This document shows, in pieces, positions 12,017-24,400 of a stretch of 64,000 nucleotides of DNA. A model generated the notes under the pieces. That model had not been told where the DNA came from, searched no databases, and saw only the letters and a program-made list of their open reading frames with translations. The position numbers and the translations under genes are program-made. The DNA comes from an uncultured Fibrobacteria bacterium. GTDB taxonomy: Bacteria > Fibrobacterota > Fibrobacteria > UBA11236. The stretch covers positions 320,001 to 384,000 of the forward strand of contig OY970309.1 in NCBI GenBank assembly GCA_963716395.1, written 5' to 3'. How positions within the stretch are numbered: the stretch's first letter is position 1; each line of letters opens with the position of its first letter.

Positions 12017-14419
12017 TTAAAATCCTTGTTCGATGGTGAATTGTACCTGCGGGCTGGCGCCCACGGGCGGATAGCGCCGCCCGGAATAATCTTCGAGGTC
12101 GTCCAGCGGCCACGCGAAATCGAACCCCATGCCGAAGGGCGCCACCATGGGCACCACCACGCGAAATCCGAAACCCACGTCGCGGCGCAAATCGGAAAAA
12201 TCGATTTCCGACCAGGGGCTCGGCGCCTCGCTTTTGGGGATGGAATTGAAATAGCCCGTGCCCAGATTGGGATCGTACTTGACCAGATTGCCGAACACGT
12301 TGCCGGCGTCGAAGAAACCGAGCAGGTAGAAGGTGTTCGGAACCACCGGATAGGTGAGTTCGGTCACATAGGAGAAAAAGCTGCGGCCCACGCGGTCGCC
12401 GCCGATGGTGCCGGGTTCATAGCCGCGCAGTTTGCCGACATAGCCGAGTTCGCCCCCCATCTGGTACAGGGCGTAGCTCTGGATGGTGTTGCCGAGAATG
12501 ATGCCGAATTCCGACTCCATGCCCAACACCAGCTTGCCGATGGTGGGGAACCACCAGTTCATCTTGGCGTCCCATTGTCCATAGTTGAAATCGCCGCCCA
12601 AGCCGCCGCCCACCTTGGTGTAGGAGAGCTTGTAGCGCGATCCCTCGGTGGGAAAGAAGGGCAAGTCCTTGTCATCGCGGATCAGGGTGAGGTTCACCGA
12701 GGATTCCAGGCCCGAAGCCACGATGAGGTAATCCTGATTGCGGCCCTGCCCGTTGTCGTTGAAGGAAAAATTGTAGCCGCTTTGCAAGGTGTAATAGTCG
12801 TCGGGCCAGGTGAGCCGACGGCCGAGGTTGAGATGAAAGCCTTCGCTGCGATATTCGTTTTCAATGATGCCGGGCTGGGGCCGCTGATCGGTGTAAGAGA
12901 CGCTGCCGCCCACCGAGGTGGGGGTATCCATGAACCAGGGCTCGGTGAAACCGAAGGAACCCGCGGTTTTGTAAGGTCCGAGTTCGGTGCTGGCGTTGAC
13001 GGTTTGCCCGTTGCCCATAAAGTTCGGGATTTGCACCCCCAACGTCCCCACCAATCCGTCGCGGCCGCTGTAGGCGGCGCCGGCCGAAAAGGTGCCGGTA
13101 CCCGCTTCCTTCTCTTTGACCTTGAATACCAGGTTCACGTCGGAGGGATCGCCGTCGTTGGGACGCTCGATATCGGGTTCGACATCGTCGAAATAGGCCA
13201 ATTGCATGATGTCGCGCTGCGAGCGCATCATCAACGACTGGCGATAGGTATCGCCGGGGAACAACTTGATTTCGCGGCGGATCACCTTGTCTTTGGTTTT
13301 GGTGTTGCCGCTGATATTGACCAAATGAATGTGGGCCAGGCTGTTCTCCTGGATATTGAAGGTGACCTCGACCAGAGAGTCGTGGTACTCGAAGCGATCG
13401 TTGAGATCGACGAAGAGGTAGCCCTCTTCGCGGTAGAGATTGGTGATCTGGTATTTCATCAAATCGTATTTGTGCTTATCGAACACCTCGCCGCTGTCGA
13501 ACAGCACCTGGGCCCGCAGAACCTGCTCCTTGATGATGCTGTTGTCATGGATGAAGTGTATTTTGTCGAAATAGTAACGTTTTCCTTCGCTGATGCGGAT
13601 GCGGATATCCAGATGCCGTTTGTCGGGGGTGTAGCGGATCGAGTCGGACAACACCGCCGCGTCGAGATAACCCAGGCCCTGATAGAAATCGACCAGGGAA
13701 TCCAAACCGAAGCGGTATTCGTCTTCTTTGAAATCACCGCTCCGCCACCAGCGATCTTCTTTGGTGTTGAAATGCTGGCGCAGCACCTTGTCGGGCACGT
13801 GGGTGTTGCCGTCGAAGGTGATGTAGCGCACCGTGACCTTCTTGCCTTCTTTGATGTCGAAGGTGATGATTTTCCGCGCGGTTTCCTTGTCTTCGCTTTC
13901 TTCCACCTTGACCTGGGCCAGCAAATACCCTTTTTCATGGTACAAGTCGAGAATTTTCTGGCGCGCCACTTCCACCGCGCCGGGGGAATACACTTGGCCG
14001 TCGACCAAATCGATTTTGCCCTTGAAATCACTGACCTTAAGCTCGTCAAGCCCTTTGTACTCGACCCGCGCCAAGGTGGGCAGCTCGGCCACCACGAAGT
14101 AGAGGATCACGCCGTCCAGCGAGTCGGACCGGTCTTCATCGACGCGGATGTTGGAAAACAGGTTCAATTTGTCCAGGGCGTTAACCGACTCGCGCAGCTT
14201 GTTCCGCAATACGGGCAGGATGTAGCTCCGGCCCTTTTCCACCTGCACGCTTTTCAAGATCAACGATTTGTCCACCGTTTTGTTGCCTTCGACCCGAATG
14301 TCCAGCACCTTGATTTCCCGGGACGGGCTCGGCAACAGGCCCTGGCCCCAGGCCGGAAATACAAATACACCCAGGCTTGCGAACAGACAAGCGCGAAAGA
14401 GAGCGGAGAATTTCTGCAA
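12017..14419 (-). CDS. bamA: Outer membrane protein assembly factor BamA
   Basis: Five POTRA repeats (e.g. ISGNTKTKDKVIRRE), FTEPW, LRGY loop motif, C-terminal Phe; start uncertain (TTG 14419 before the signal peptide). Confidence 0.93.
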   Translation of the reverse strand: MQKFSALFRACLFASLGVFVFPAWGQGLLPSPSREIKVLDIRVEGNKTVDKSLILKSVQVEKGRSYILPVLRNKLRESVNALDKLNLFSNIRVDEDRSDSLDGVILYFVVAELPTLARVEYKGLDELKVSDFKGKIDLVDGQVYSPGAVEVARQKILDLYHEKGYLLAQVKVEESEDKETARKIITFDIKEGKKVTVRYITFDGNTHVPDKVLRQHFNTKEDRWWRSGDFKEDEYRFGLDSLVDFYQGLGYLDAAVLSDSIRYTPDKRHLDIRIRISEGKRYYFDKIHFIHDNSIIKEQVLRAQVLFDSGEVFDKHKYDLMKYQITNLYREEGYLFVDLNDRFEYHDSLVEVTFNIQENSLAHIHLVNISGNTKTKDKVIRREIKLFPGDTYRQSLMMRSQRDIMQLAYFDDVEPDIERPNDGDPSDVNLVFKVKEKEAGTGTFSAGAAYSGRDGLVGTLGVQIPNFMGNGQTVNASTELGPYKTAGSFGFTEPWFMDTPTSVGGSVSYTDQRPQPGIIENEYRSEGFHLNLGRRLTWPDDYYTLQSGYNFSFNDNGQGRNQDYLIVASGLESSVNLTLIRDDKDLPFFPTEGSRYKLSYTKVGGGLGGDFNYGQWDAKMNWWFPTIGKLVLGMESEFGIILGNTIQSYALYQMGGELGYVGKLRGYEPGTIGGDRVGRSFFSYVTELTYPVVPNTFYLLGFFDAGNVFGNLVKYDPNLGTGYFNSIPKSEAPSPWSEIDFSDLRRDVGFGFRVVVPMVAPFGMGFDFAWPLDDLEDYSGRRYPPVGASPQVQFTIEQGF

Positions 14420-14672
14420 AGTCTTAATCCTTAGAACTGTCCCGGCTTTAGGGAATGCGACCGTCAGATCGGAACAGCGTCCATCGGGTCCGCGCTCCGG
14501 CGGACGACGGGGCGCCGCAAAAAGCGGATCTAATATAGAAACCCAACCCCGGGACTTCCTGCCGAGACCCCGATTTTCAAGGATGAAAGGAGCCCCCGCC
14601 GCAGGCTCGCGCATCGGGGGAATCCGGAAAGCGAAGTAGCTTGAGTGTTACATTCGCCGGCCGGGGAAGGGC

Positions 14673-17162
14673 TCAGCCCTCCTTGGCCTCGACGGTCTCT
14701 TTCTCGGCGTCTTTTTTGCCGGGCTTGGAGGCGGTGGCGGAAAAGGTGATCTGATCGCCTTTGCGCCCGACCTTGAGCAGCGAATTGTCGGTGATCTTGC
14801 CGCGCAGAATCTCGTCGGCCAACGGATCTTCGAGCAATTTCTGAATGGCGCGGCGCAGCGGGCGGGCGCCCAGTTGCGGATCAAAGCCTTTTTCGATGAT
14901 GAAATCCCGCACCGAATCGGAAATCTGCATCTTGATTTCGCGCGAGGAGAGCCGCGATTCGAGTTCGCTGACGAGCAAATCGACGATACGTCCCATGTCT
15001 TTGCGCTCGAGCGGCCGGAACACGACCACGTCGTCGAGACGGTTCAGAAATTCGGGGTTGAAGGTTTTCTTCACCTCTTCGCGCACCACCTTTTCCATGC
15101 GTTCGTATTCGCTGTCGACGTCGTCTTTGCCGAAGCCCAAACCCACGCCCTTCTTGATGTCTTTGGCGCCGAGGTTGCTCGTCATGATGATGATGGTGTT
15201 CTTGAAGTTCACCTTGCGGCCATAGCTGTCGGTGAGCTGGCCATCGTCGAGGATTTGCAGCAGAATGTTGAACACGTCGGGATGCGCCTTCTCGATTTCG
15301 TCGAGCAGGATCACCGCATAGGGCTTCTTGCGCACCTTTTCGGTGAGCTGGCCGCCTTCTTCGTAGCCCACGTATCCCGGAGGCGCGCCCACCAGGCGCG
15401 ACACCGCGAACTTTTCCATGTACTCCGACATGTCGATGCGGATCATGGCGTCGTCGGATTCGAACAAAAAGCCGGCCAGCGCCTTGACCAATTCGGTTTT
15501 GCCCACGCCCGTGGGGCCGAGGAACATGAAGGTGCCCATGGGCCGCTTGGTGGAATGCACGCCCGAACGCGAACGGCGGATGGCTTTGGCGATGACTTCG
15601 ATGGCTTTATCCTGACCCACCACGCGCTTGCCGAGTTCGCGCTCCATATTGATGAGGCGCTCGGTTTCGGCCCCGGCCATCTTGGTGAGGGGAATGCCCG
15701 TCATCTTGGCCACCACTTCGAGAATGGTGTCTTCGTTGACTTCGAGGCGCTCGTCGCGCTTCTGCTCGCGCCAGCGTTTGCGCATCTCTTCCAACTCGTT
15801 CTTGAGACGCTCCTGGGAGTCGCGCAGGCTGGCCGCGGTCTCGTAATCCTGGTTTTCCACCGAGGCTTCCTTCTCCTTGACCACGGCTTCGAGCTCCAAT
15901 TCCTTGGCGCGCAGATCCGGCGGTATGGAAAGGCTGGCCAGGCGCACGCGGGCGCCCGCTTCGTCGATGATGTCGATGGCCTTGTCGGGCATGAAGCGGT
16001 CGCTCAAATAGCGATCGGAAAGGCGCACGGCCGCGTCCAGGGCCGGATCGGTATAAGTCACTTTGTGATGCGCTTCATACTTTCCCCGCAATCCCTTGAT
16101 GATGAGCAGGGTTTCGGCCGTGCTGGGCGGATCGACCAGAATGGTCTGAAAGCGCCGTTCCAACGCGCCGTCTTTTTCGATGTACTTGCGGTACTCGTCC
16201 AGCGTGGTGGCGCCGATGCATTGGAACTCGCCACGCGACAGCGCCGGTTTGAAAATGTTGCTGGCATCCAGCGAGCCTTCGGATCCGCCCGCGCCCACGA
16301 TGGTGTGCAATTCGTCGATGAAGACGATGACGTTGTCGTTTTTCTGCAATTCAGTCATCAGGGATTTCAGGCGCTCTTCGAACTGGCCGCGGTACTTGGT
16401 GCCGGCCACGATGCTGCCCATGTCGAGCGTCACCACGCGCTTGTTTTCCAGCACTTCGGGGATGTTGCGCTCCACGATTTTCTGCGCCAGGCCTTCGACG
16501 ATGGCGGTTTTACCCACGCCCGGTTCGCCGATCAGCACCGGGTTGTTCTTCTTGCGCCGGCTCAGGATTTGGATCACACGCTCGATTTCCTGCGCGCGGC
16601 CGATGATGGGGTCGAGTTCGCCCTGGCGGGCCAACTCGGTGAGGTCGCGGCCGAAATGATCGAGAAAAGGCGTCTTCGACTTCTTGCGCGCCGTGGCGAA
16701 ATCCGATCCCGAACTCGCGTCGCCGCCGCGCAGCACGCGTTCGATCTCCTCTTTGACCCGGTCGTATTCCACGCCGATGCTGGCCAAGGCGTTGGCCGCC
16801 GCGCTTTCATGGTCTTTCATCAGCGCCAGCAGCAGGTGTTCGGTGCCGATGTATTTGTGGCTCATGGCGCGCGCTTCCTGCGCGGCGATTTCCAAAACTT
16901 TTTTGGCGCGGGGCGTGAAGGGAATCATCTGCCCGATGGTCATCATGCCGCCGGACGAGGAAATCGATTTCTCGATGTTGCGCGCCAAATCGTCGAGGTC
17001 GATGCCCAGGTTTTTGAGCACGGCCACGGCCACGCCGTCGCCTTCGCGAATAAGCCCGAGCAGCAAATGCTCGGTGCCCACGTAGTCATTGCCCAAGCGC
17101 ACCGATTCTTCGCGCGCGAGTTGCATGACCTTCTTGACCCTATCCGTAAACATCCCGTTCAT
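14673..17162 (-). CDS. clpC: ATP-dependent Clp protease ATPase ClpC
   Basis: Double Clp-N repeats (GTEHLLL twice), Walker A GEPGVGKT and [12 protein letters not shown] domain, VGLGF ClpP-docking loop. Confidence 0.96.
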   Translation of the reverse strand: MNGMFTDRVKKVMQLAREESVRLGNDYVGTEHLLLGLIREGDGVAVAVLKNLGIDLDDLARNIEKSISSSGGMMTIGQMIPFTPRAKKVLEIAAQEARAMSHKYIGTEHLLLALMKDHESAAANALASIGVEYDRVKEEIERVLRGGDASSGSDFATARKKSKTPFLDHFGRDLTELARQGELDPIIGRAQEIERVIQILSRRKKNNPVLIGEPGVGKTAIVEGLAQKIVERNIPEVLENKRVVTLDMGSIVAGTKYRGQFEERLKSLMTELQKNDNVIVFIDELHTIVGAGGSEGSLDASNIFKPALSRGEFQCIGATTLDEYRKYIEKDGALERRFQTILVDPPSTAETLLIIKGLRGKYEAHHKVTYTDPALDAAVRLSDRYLSDRFMPDKAIDIIDEAGARVRLASLSIPPDLRAKELELEAVVKEKEASVENQDYETAASLRDSQERLKNELEEMRKRWREQKRDERLEVNEDTILEVVAKMTGIPLTKMAGAETERLINMERELGKRVVGQDKAIEVIAKAIRRSRSGVHSTKRPMGTFMFLGPTGVGKTELVKALAGFLFESDDAMIRIDMSEYMEKFAVSRLVGAPPGYVGYEEGGQLTEKVRKKPYAVILLDEIEKAHPDVFNILLQILDDGQLTDSYGRKVNFKNTIIIMTSNLGAKDIKKGVGLGFGKDDVDSEYERMEKVVREEVKKTFNPEFLNRLDDVVVFRPLERKDMGRIVDLLVSELESRLSSREIKMQISDSVRDFIIEKGFDPQLGARPLRRAIQKLLEDPLADEILRGKITDNSLLKVGRKGDQITFSATASKPGKKDAEKETVEAKEG

Positions 17163-17322
17163 AGTGCTTCCTTATGGCGGCGGCGCACATCTCCGCGCCG
17201 CTCACCTTTAAAATACTCCCTGGACCCCCAAAACCCAATGCGCCTAAAATCCATCCGAAGCCCGCCGCTACGCTGCAAAACGCGACGATGCTCCACTTTG
17301 AAACCGGCGAATTGCAACGCCA

Positions 17323-18363
17323 TCATGGGATGAATCCTTCGTCCTTCAACCTCGATCTTACAACATTCGCGCGCAAAATGTCGGCTTCGGTCGGCGCCGC
17401 GCCCGCCGGCAAGAGCGCCTCGAGATGAAAGGGCTGCACGCGTATCCGCAACTCCTCCAAACGATTCCGCAGCGCGGGCGCGAAAAGCCCCAAATACGTG
17501 CCCATGCGGGCGAAAGAGGCGAAGAGCAAAAACTCGGCATAGGCCAGCACGCGGGCTTCTTGCAGCATGCTCAGCGATCGGTACACCCGATCCTCCAGCC
17601 CCTTTTGCTCTTTGCTTTTCCATTGCTCCAGCGCCTGCCCTTCCCACTCCAACAGCTTCGTCGTCTGATCCTTGAAGTAGCGGTACAGGTCTTGACTAGA
17701 AAATCCCATGCCACCCTTGGAAGCCACCCGGAAAAAGCCGGCTTCGGCCGATCCTGGATGGCGCAAGGTCAAGGCCTGCAACTCAAGCCCGAGCGCCTGC
17801 AAAGCCTGGCCCACCTGCGGAATGCGGCGCGCGGCCGTCAGGGCCGGCAAGTGCACGGCGCATTCCACCTGCAATCCGGGCCCGGCAAAGGCGGGATTGG
17901 AGGTCAGAAATCCGAAGGGTTCGGATCGGCAAAAGGGGCCCGGATCGGCGTCGGGATCTTCCCGCAGTACCGGCGGCAAACCCGCTTCGACCCGCACCTG
18001 GGTCCAATGCTCGACCTCGCCGGCCCAGGCGTGTTCGGCGGCATCGGCGCCCAGGAACAGGGTCTTTTGCGCGCGCTTGCCGGGAAAAGACACGGGGCGT
18101 TCGGGCAGCCATTGCCGCTCGCGGAAAAATCCGAGATCGGCCGCGGAACATCCGGCCAGCACCAGGGCGCGGTCCAACCCCAGCCCCCGCGCCACCTCGC
18201 GGGCACGTGCGACGACGGCTTCACAGGCTTCGGGGGTGCAGGCCACCCAAAAGGAAAAGCCCGCGAAGTTGCGGCGGCGTAACGCGCGCGTGAACAGGAC
18301 GCAAGCCTCGGGACCCGGCGCGCCGGCGGAGTCGTCTGCGCACCAGGGCGGCGGCGCCGCCAC
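17323..18363 (-). CDS. mcsB: McsB-family protein with degenerate kinase motifs (probable pseudokinase)
   Basis: Lies between mcsA and clpC; GFLTSNP...HLPAL, LEDRVYRS and QP.HL match McsB; start uncertain (GTG 18363). Confidence 0.75.
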   Translation of the reverse strand: MAAPPPWCADDSAGAPGPEACVLFTRALRRRNFAGFSFWVACTPEACEAVVARAREVARGLGLDRALVLAGCSAADLGFFRERQWLPERPVSFPGKRAQKTLFLGADAAEHAWAGEVEHWTQVRVEAGLPPVLREDPDADPGPFCRSEPFGFLTSNPAFAGPGLQVECAVHLPALTAARRIPQVGQALQALGLELQALTLRHPGSAEAGFFRVASKGGMGFSSQDLYRYFKDQTTKLLEWEGQALEQWKSKEQKGLEDRVYRSLSMLQEARVLAYAEFLLFASFARMGTYLGLFAPALRNRLEELRIRVQPFHLEALLPAGAAPTEADILRANVVRSRLKDEGFIP

Positions 18364-18367
18364 CCAT

Positions 18368-18681
18368 TCACGCGGAACCAGGGGCGCCTCCTTCCCGCGC
18401 CCGCAGGCGCAACCGCAGCGCGGCCGCGTCTTCGTAGCGTTCTTCGCGCAAGGCATCGGCCAGCATTTCGCGGAGGCGCGCCGTCTCTTCGAAATCGTCG
18501 CCGGCCGCCGGCGACGACACGGCCGGAGCGGGCCGGCGGTAAAGCCCCGGATGCAGTTGCAGCAGGTCGGCCCACAAAAGCTCGCCGAAGCTGGGGTAAC
18601 ATTGCGGGCACCCCAGCAGGCCGCGCGCCTGGAATTCGGCGTAGGTGAAGCCGCATTGGGTGCAGACGCGCAGGCCGGGAT

Positions 18682-18685
<4 letters not shown>
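18368..18685 (-). CDS. mcsA: Short McsA-like protein (C-terminal Zn finger plus UVR domain only)
   Basis: CTQCGFTYAEF...LGCPQCY and EERYEDAAALR UVR motif. Confidence 0.8.
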
Positions 18686-19366
<681 letters not shown>

Positions 19367-19374
<8 letters not shown>

Positions 19375-20611
19375 GCCGTATCGACTCCACCGGATCTTGG
19401 CGCGCGGCTTTCAGCGCCGGCAGAAAGGTGGCCACGCCGCAGAGGAAATTGGTGACGCCGAGAACTTCCAACACATCGCGGGCCTGCAATTCGACCGGCA
19501 GCACGGTGACGAAGTACACGTCGCCGGGCAGGCGGATGACGCCGAAGCGCTTCTGGATCTCGTAGCTCAACAGACCCAGGGCCAGGCCCACCAGGGAGCC
19601 GGTCAGCCCCACCAGCATGCCTTCGAACATGAAAATGCGCAGGATGTGGCTGCGCGTGGCGCCCATGGCCCGCAAAATGCCGATCTCGCGCGTCTTGTCG
19701 TTCACGGCCAGAATGAGCGACGAGATGATGTTGAACGTCGCGATCAGGATGATGATGCCGAGGGCCAGGGATACCAGCACCTTTTCATAGCCCATCCATT
19801 TGATGAGGGTGTAATTCTTCTCCTGCCAGTCGATGGCGCGGTAGGGAAAGCCCAGCTTCTCCTCCAGGGCATCGGCCAGCCTGCCGCTGTGAAAGGGGTC
19901 GGCGACGCGTAATTGCAGGCCCGTCACGGCCTGTGGCATGTCGAAGAAACGCTGCGCTTCGGGCAGGGCGATGTAAGCCAGCGACTCGTCGTATTCATAC
20001 ATGCCGGATTCGAAGATGCCGGCCACCAGAAAGGGCTGGATGCGCGGCGCAAAAGAGCCCGAGAGCAAATCGGCATGGGCGAAGTCGGCCAGAAACACCT
20101 TGTCGCCCACGTCGACCCCGAGCCGGTCGGCCAGGGCATATCCCAGCAGAATGGTGGGATAGTCGCGGCCCGACGTATCGGGCAGCATGCCGAGGAAATA
20201 CCGGCCGCGGTTCACGGTTTGCGGGATTCCGATCACGCCGCGGGCCAGGGCGCTATCGATGCCGTACACCACGATTCCATCCTGGCTTTGTTTGCGGGCA
20301 ATGACGGTTTTGGTGAGAATGTACGGCGACGCGGCTACGACCCCGGGCTGACGCAGCACCTCGGCGCGCAGCGAATCGTATCCCGCGATGGGCGCAAAAC
20401 CGTGGGTGGTGATCTCGATATGGGCGTCTTTGCCCATGAGCTGCCGTTTCACCTCGTTCTCAAACCCGTTGATGGCCGACAAAACGAAGATGAGTAGCCA
20501 GGTGCCGAGCACCACGCCCAGGGCCGAAAACAGGGCGATGACGCCCGAAGACACATTGCGCCGCTGGGCCCAGAAATATTTCCGGGCGATGAACCATTCG
20601 AAGGGGGCCAC
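19367..20611 (-). CDS. lolC: Lipoprotein-releasing ABC transporter permease (LolC/E family)
   Basis: FEWFIARKY, NGFE, EIGILRAMGAT, PALKAARQDPVESIRHE. Confidence 0.88.
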
Positions 20612-20767
20612 GGCACAAAGGTCGAAAGGGCCGGTGGAAAAGACAAGGAAAATCGGGGAAGCCGCGGCAAAGGCGCGGAAGGCAACCTCCTCGGGTCGAT
20701 GCTGGCGCCTGCTTCCGGATTGTTTCCGAAGCAGTGGTAACGCTCCAGCGAGGCTATTTTACCGGCC

Positions 20768-21355
20768 ATGAACAACCCCGTATCCGACCTCGCCAAGAAA
20801 TTTTTCCCCGCCCGTTTTCAGAACTTGACCGACCGGGAAAAGAATGTCCTGCAAAAAATCGCGCAACGCATCCACATCAGCCGCAACACCAATCGTCAAT
20901 TCAATGACGAACTGACCTTCGGCCAACACCTGGCCGATCGGATTTCGACCTTCGGCGGCTCCTGGCCCTTTCTCATTCTGTTCGGCATCGTCTTGACGGT
21001 CTGGATCGCCCTGAACTCGGTGATCCTGCAACATTGGGGCAAACCCTTCGATCCCTACCCTTTCATTCTGCTCAACCTCGTACTCTCCATGCTGGCGGCC
21101 GTGCAGGCCCCGGTGATCATGATGTCGCAGAACCGCATGGCGGCCAAAGATCGCATCGACGCTGCGCATGATTACGAGGTCAATCTCAAAGCCGAACTGG
21201 AAATCATGGAGTTGCATGAAAAGATGGATGGACTGCGCCACCAGCAATGGCAAGACCTGGTGCAATTGCAGCAGGAGCAAATCAATATGCTGAAGGAACT
21301 CGTGGACAAACTGCGGCCGCCGGCGGCAGGATTCGGCCGACGAACCCGAACCTAA
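20768..21355 (+). CDS. DUF1003-family membrane protein
   Basis: ADRISTFGGSW, FDPYPFILLNLVLS, QAPVIMMSQNR, DYEVNLKAELEI. Confidence 0.9.
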   Translation: MNNPVSDLAKKFFPARFQNLTDREKNVLQKIAQRIHISRNTNRQFNDELTFGQHLADRISTFGGSWPFLILFGIVLTVWIALNSVILQHWGKPFDPYPFILLNLVLSMLAAVQAPVIMMSQNRMAAKDRIDAAHDYEVNLKAELEIMELHEKMDGLRHQQWQDLVQLQQEQINMLKELVDKLRPPAAGFGRRTRT

Positions 21356-21424
21356 CCGCAAAATCGGAACGAAGAGGGCCCGTAACTACAGCCTAATTTC
21401 CAGAATAAGGTATTTAAGAGGGGC

Positions 21425-24400
21425 TTACGGCGGGCTTGCGGTAATATTGGAAATTTCAGTAGTCCGAGAGGATCCGGTTGTAAACTCGGACATCGTCGAG
21501 CGCACCGCTTGGCCAAAAACCCCCATTCCCAAAACCAATGGTGCTGGTTATCCTGCAGTTCTGGATAACCGGCGGATGGGAAAAGGTGAAGGTGGACATG
21601 AAAGAGCCATTGACATATAGCCTGAGGTTAGTGCCGTCAAAGGTTCCCGCGATATGGGTCCATGTATCCGTGGGAATGGTTGCATAAGCGAAATTCCGAA
21701 GAACGGGGGGGACGAGGTTGAATCATTGACTCCCAACGACACAACGCCAAGTGAACCACCACCGCTACCTCCCGCAGAAATCAGCAACTGACCCCAAAAG
21801 GCGTATCCCGCGGAATTCGAGGTGTCGACCTTAATCCAACAGGTTAGGGTGATATTGCTATTGGCGGTGGGGTAAGTGGGAGTGCCGAGATTGAGGTAGG
21901 TGGTTCCATCAAAACTCGCCGCACCGTTGGTGGTGCCTCTTGGGGAAGGAACCAGGGAAAGGGCCACCGGAGTGGTGCCATTGTTTTTGTTGAACCCATA
22001 GTCGGTGTAATCGCCGCTATTGAATTTGTACCACGACGCGGGGCCGAACATCACGATGGTGGTTGCGCTTCCTGATGTCGACCAATTTCCGGCCGCGTCT
22101 TCCTCTTGAACATAAAGCGTATGCGGACCATCCGAGATAACGGGCGCAATGGAGGTGCCTGCCACGGTCGTCGCTCCCGTGGTGAGATCGGTATTGTCGA
22201 ACTTGTAACGGTAATTACCAGATCCGCCATTTCCGCCTGAACCCCAACTCCAAGTGGGATTGGAGACGTAAACCCTGGAAGGCATGGCGGTTAACACCGG
22301 CGCGTTGGGAGGAATATTGTCCACCCGGTTTACGGTAACGGTGTATGTGGTTTTGGTGACGCCATCTGGGGCGGTCACGATGAGCGTGAAAGGCGTTGCT
22401 CCGTAATTCACCTTAACCGGAGTAGTCGCAACACCCGCAGAAAGGGAGCCGCCGTTCCAAGTCATGGTGGCTCCTGCTTGCGTGGGCGTGGCCTTCACCG
22501 AAATGGTCGAATCCGTGGTGTAATTGACGGCATAGGAGGTCACTCCAGCGGTCAAGGCGGGACTGAGGGCGCCAGGCGTTACGGTCAGCGTCGCCAACGA
22601 GGCATCCGAAGAAGCCGACCGGGTCATGCCGATGGCATAGGTGTTCGTCGTTCCATCCTGCGCGGTCACCACGACAAAAATCGAATCAACGCCCACGGCC
22701 AAAGGAATGGCGGCCGAAGCCACGCCGGAAGCCGTCGTGGTTCCATTGACGGTCAGCCGCGCCGTGGTGTCCGCCACCGTTGCCGTCACCGTAATCGAAC
22801 TCACGCTGTTGGCCACGATTTCTCCCGACACGCGTTTGGCCGGGTCAAAGGCCGGATTGTTCAGCGCTCCCGCGGAGGTCGTCAGCGCCGACAAATTGGC
22901 GTTGGAACTCTTGGCGCGCGTGATGCCGATAGCGTAAGTGTTCTTCGTACCGTCTTGCGCCGTCACCACCACGAAAATCGAATCGACGCCCACGGCCAGC
23001 GGAATGGCCGCCGAAGCCGCGCCCGACGTGGCCGCGGTTCCGTTGATGGTGACCCGCGCCGTGGTGTCCGCCACCGTCGCCGTCACCGTGGTCGAACTTG
23101 CGCTGTTCGCCACCGACGCGCCCGACACGCGGCTGGTGGAACTGAACGCCGGATTATTCAGCGTGCCCGCCGAAATCGTCAACGCCGAAAGATTGGCATT
23201 CGAACTGGCGGCGCGCGTTACGGCAATGACATAGGTCTTTTGCGTTGCGTCTTGCGCCGTCACCACGACGAAAATCGAATCAACGCCCACCGCCAGCGGA
23301 ATGGCCGCCGAGGCCGCGCCTGACGTGGCTGCGTTTCCATTGATGGTAAGCCGCGCCGTCGTATCTGCCACCGTCGCCGTCACCGTGGTCGAACTCACGC
23401 TGTTCGCCACCGAAGTGCCCGACACCCGGCTGGTGGAACTGAATGCCGGATTGTTCAGCGTTCCCGCCGAGATCGCCAAGGCTGACAGATTGGCGTTGGA
23501 ACTGGCATTGGGCGCGGCGCGCGTAATACCCATGGCATAGGTTTTCTGCGTGCTGTCTGGCGCCGTCACCACCACGAAAATCGAGTCGACGCCCACGGCC
23601 AGCGAAATCGGGGCCGAAGCCGCGCCTGACGCCGTCGCGGTTCCATTGATGGTGAGCCGCGCCGTGGTGTCGGCCACCGTCGCCGTCACCGTCGTCGAAC
23701 TTACGCTGTTCGCCACCGACGCGCCCGACACCCGCTTGGCCGGGTCGAAGGCCGGACTGTTCAACGTTCCCGCCGAGATCGTCAACGCCGACAGGGTGGC
23801 GTTCGAACTGGCATTGGGAGGCGCGCGCGTGATGCCGATGGCATAGGTTTTCTGCGTGCTGTCTGGCGCCGTCACCACGATGAAAATCGAATCGACGCCC
23901 ACGGTCAGAGGAATGGAAGCCGAAGCCACGCCCGACGCCGTCGCGGTTCCATTGATGGTGAGCCGCGCCGTGGTGTCGGCCACCGTCGCCGTCACCGTCG
24001 TCGCAGTTACGCTGTTCGCCACCGACGCGCCCGACACCCGTTTGGTCGAGTCGAAAGCCGGATTGTTCAAGGTTCCCGCCGAGATCGTCAACGCCGAAAG
24101 ATTGGCGTTGGAAGACGAAGTTCCGCTGTCGGCCACGGTCACGAAAACCGTATCGGTTTTGGTGGGATCTTTTTGCGAAGCCACGATGATACGGGCTTGT
24201 CCCACAGCCACCGGCGAAACCAAGGCATGAGTGGCATCGCCCGATTTGGATTGAACCGCGGCCACGCCCGGAGCGGTCGAAATCCAAGTTACGGCTTGGC
24301 TGACCTTGGAGGGCAGAACCGAAGACGAAATCTCCGCAGAGCTTCCGCCCTTTTTCAGGGTCAAGCTGTGCGGCGAGGCGTGTACCGAATCCACCGGGGC

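Noticed and set aside
12026-17333. Very long antisense ORFs (802 aa and 819 aa) opposite bamA and clpC, with similar ones opposite ppdK, metX, groEL and dnaK
   Set aside because: Shadow ORFs expected from strong GC3 bias; no motifs, and they fully overlap well-supported genes
22612-24115. Direct repeats considered as a CRISPR array or DGR template/variable repeats
   Set aside because: Units are about 300-bp in-frame protein domains with no spacers; no cas gene or reverse transcriptase in the window
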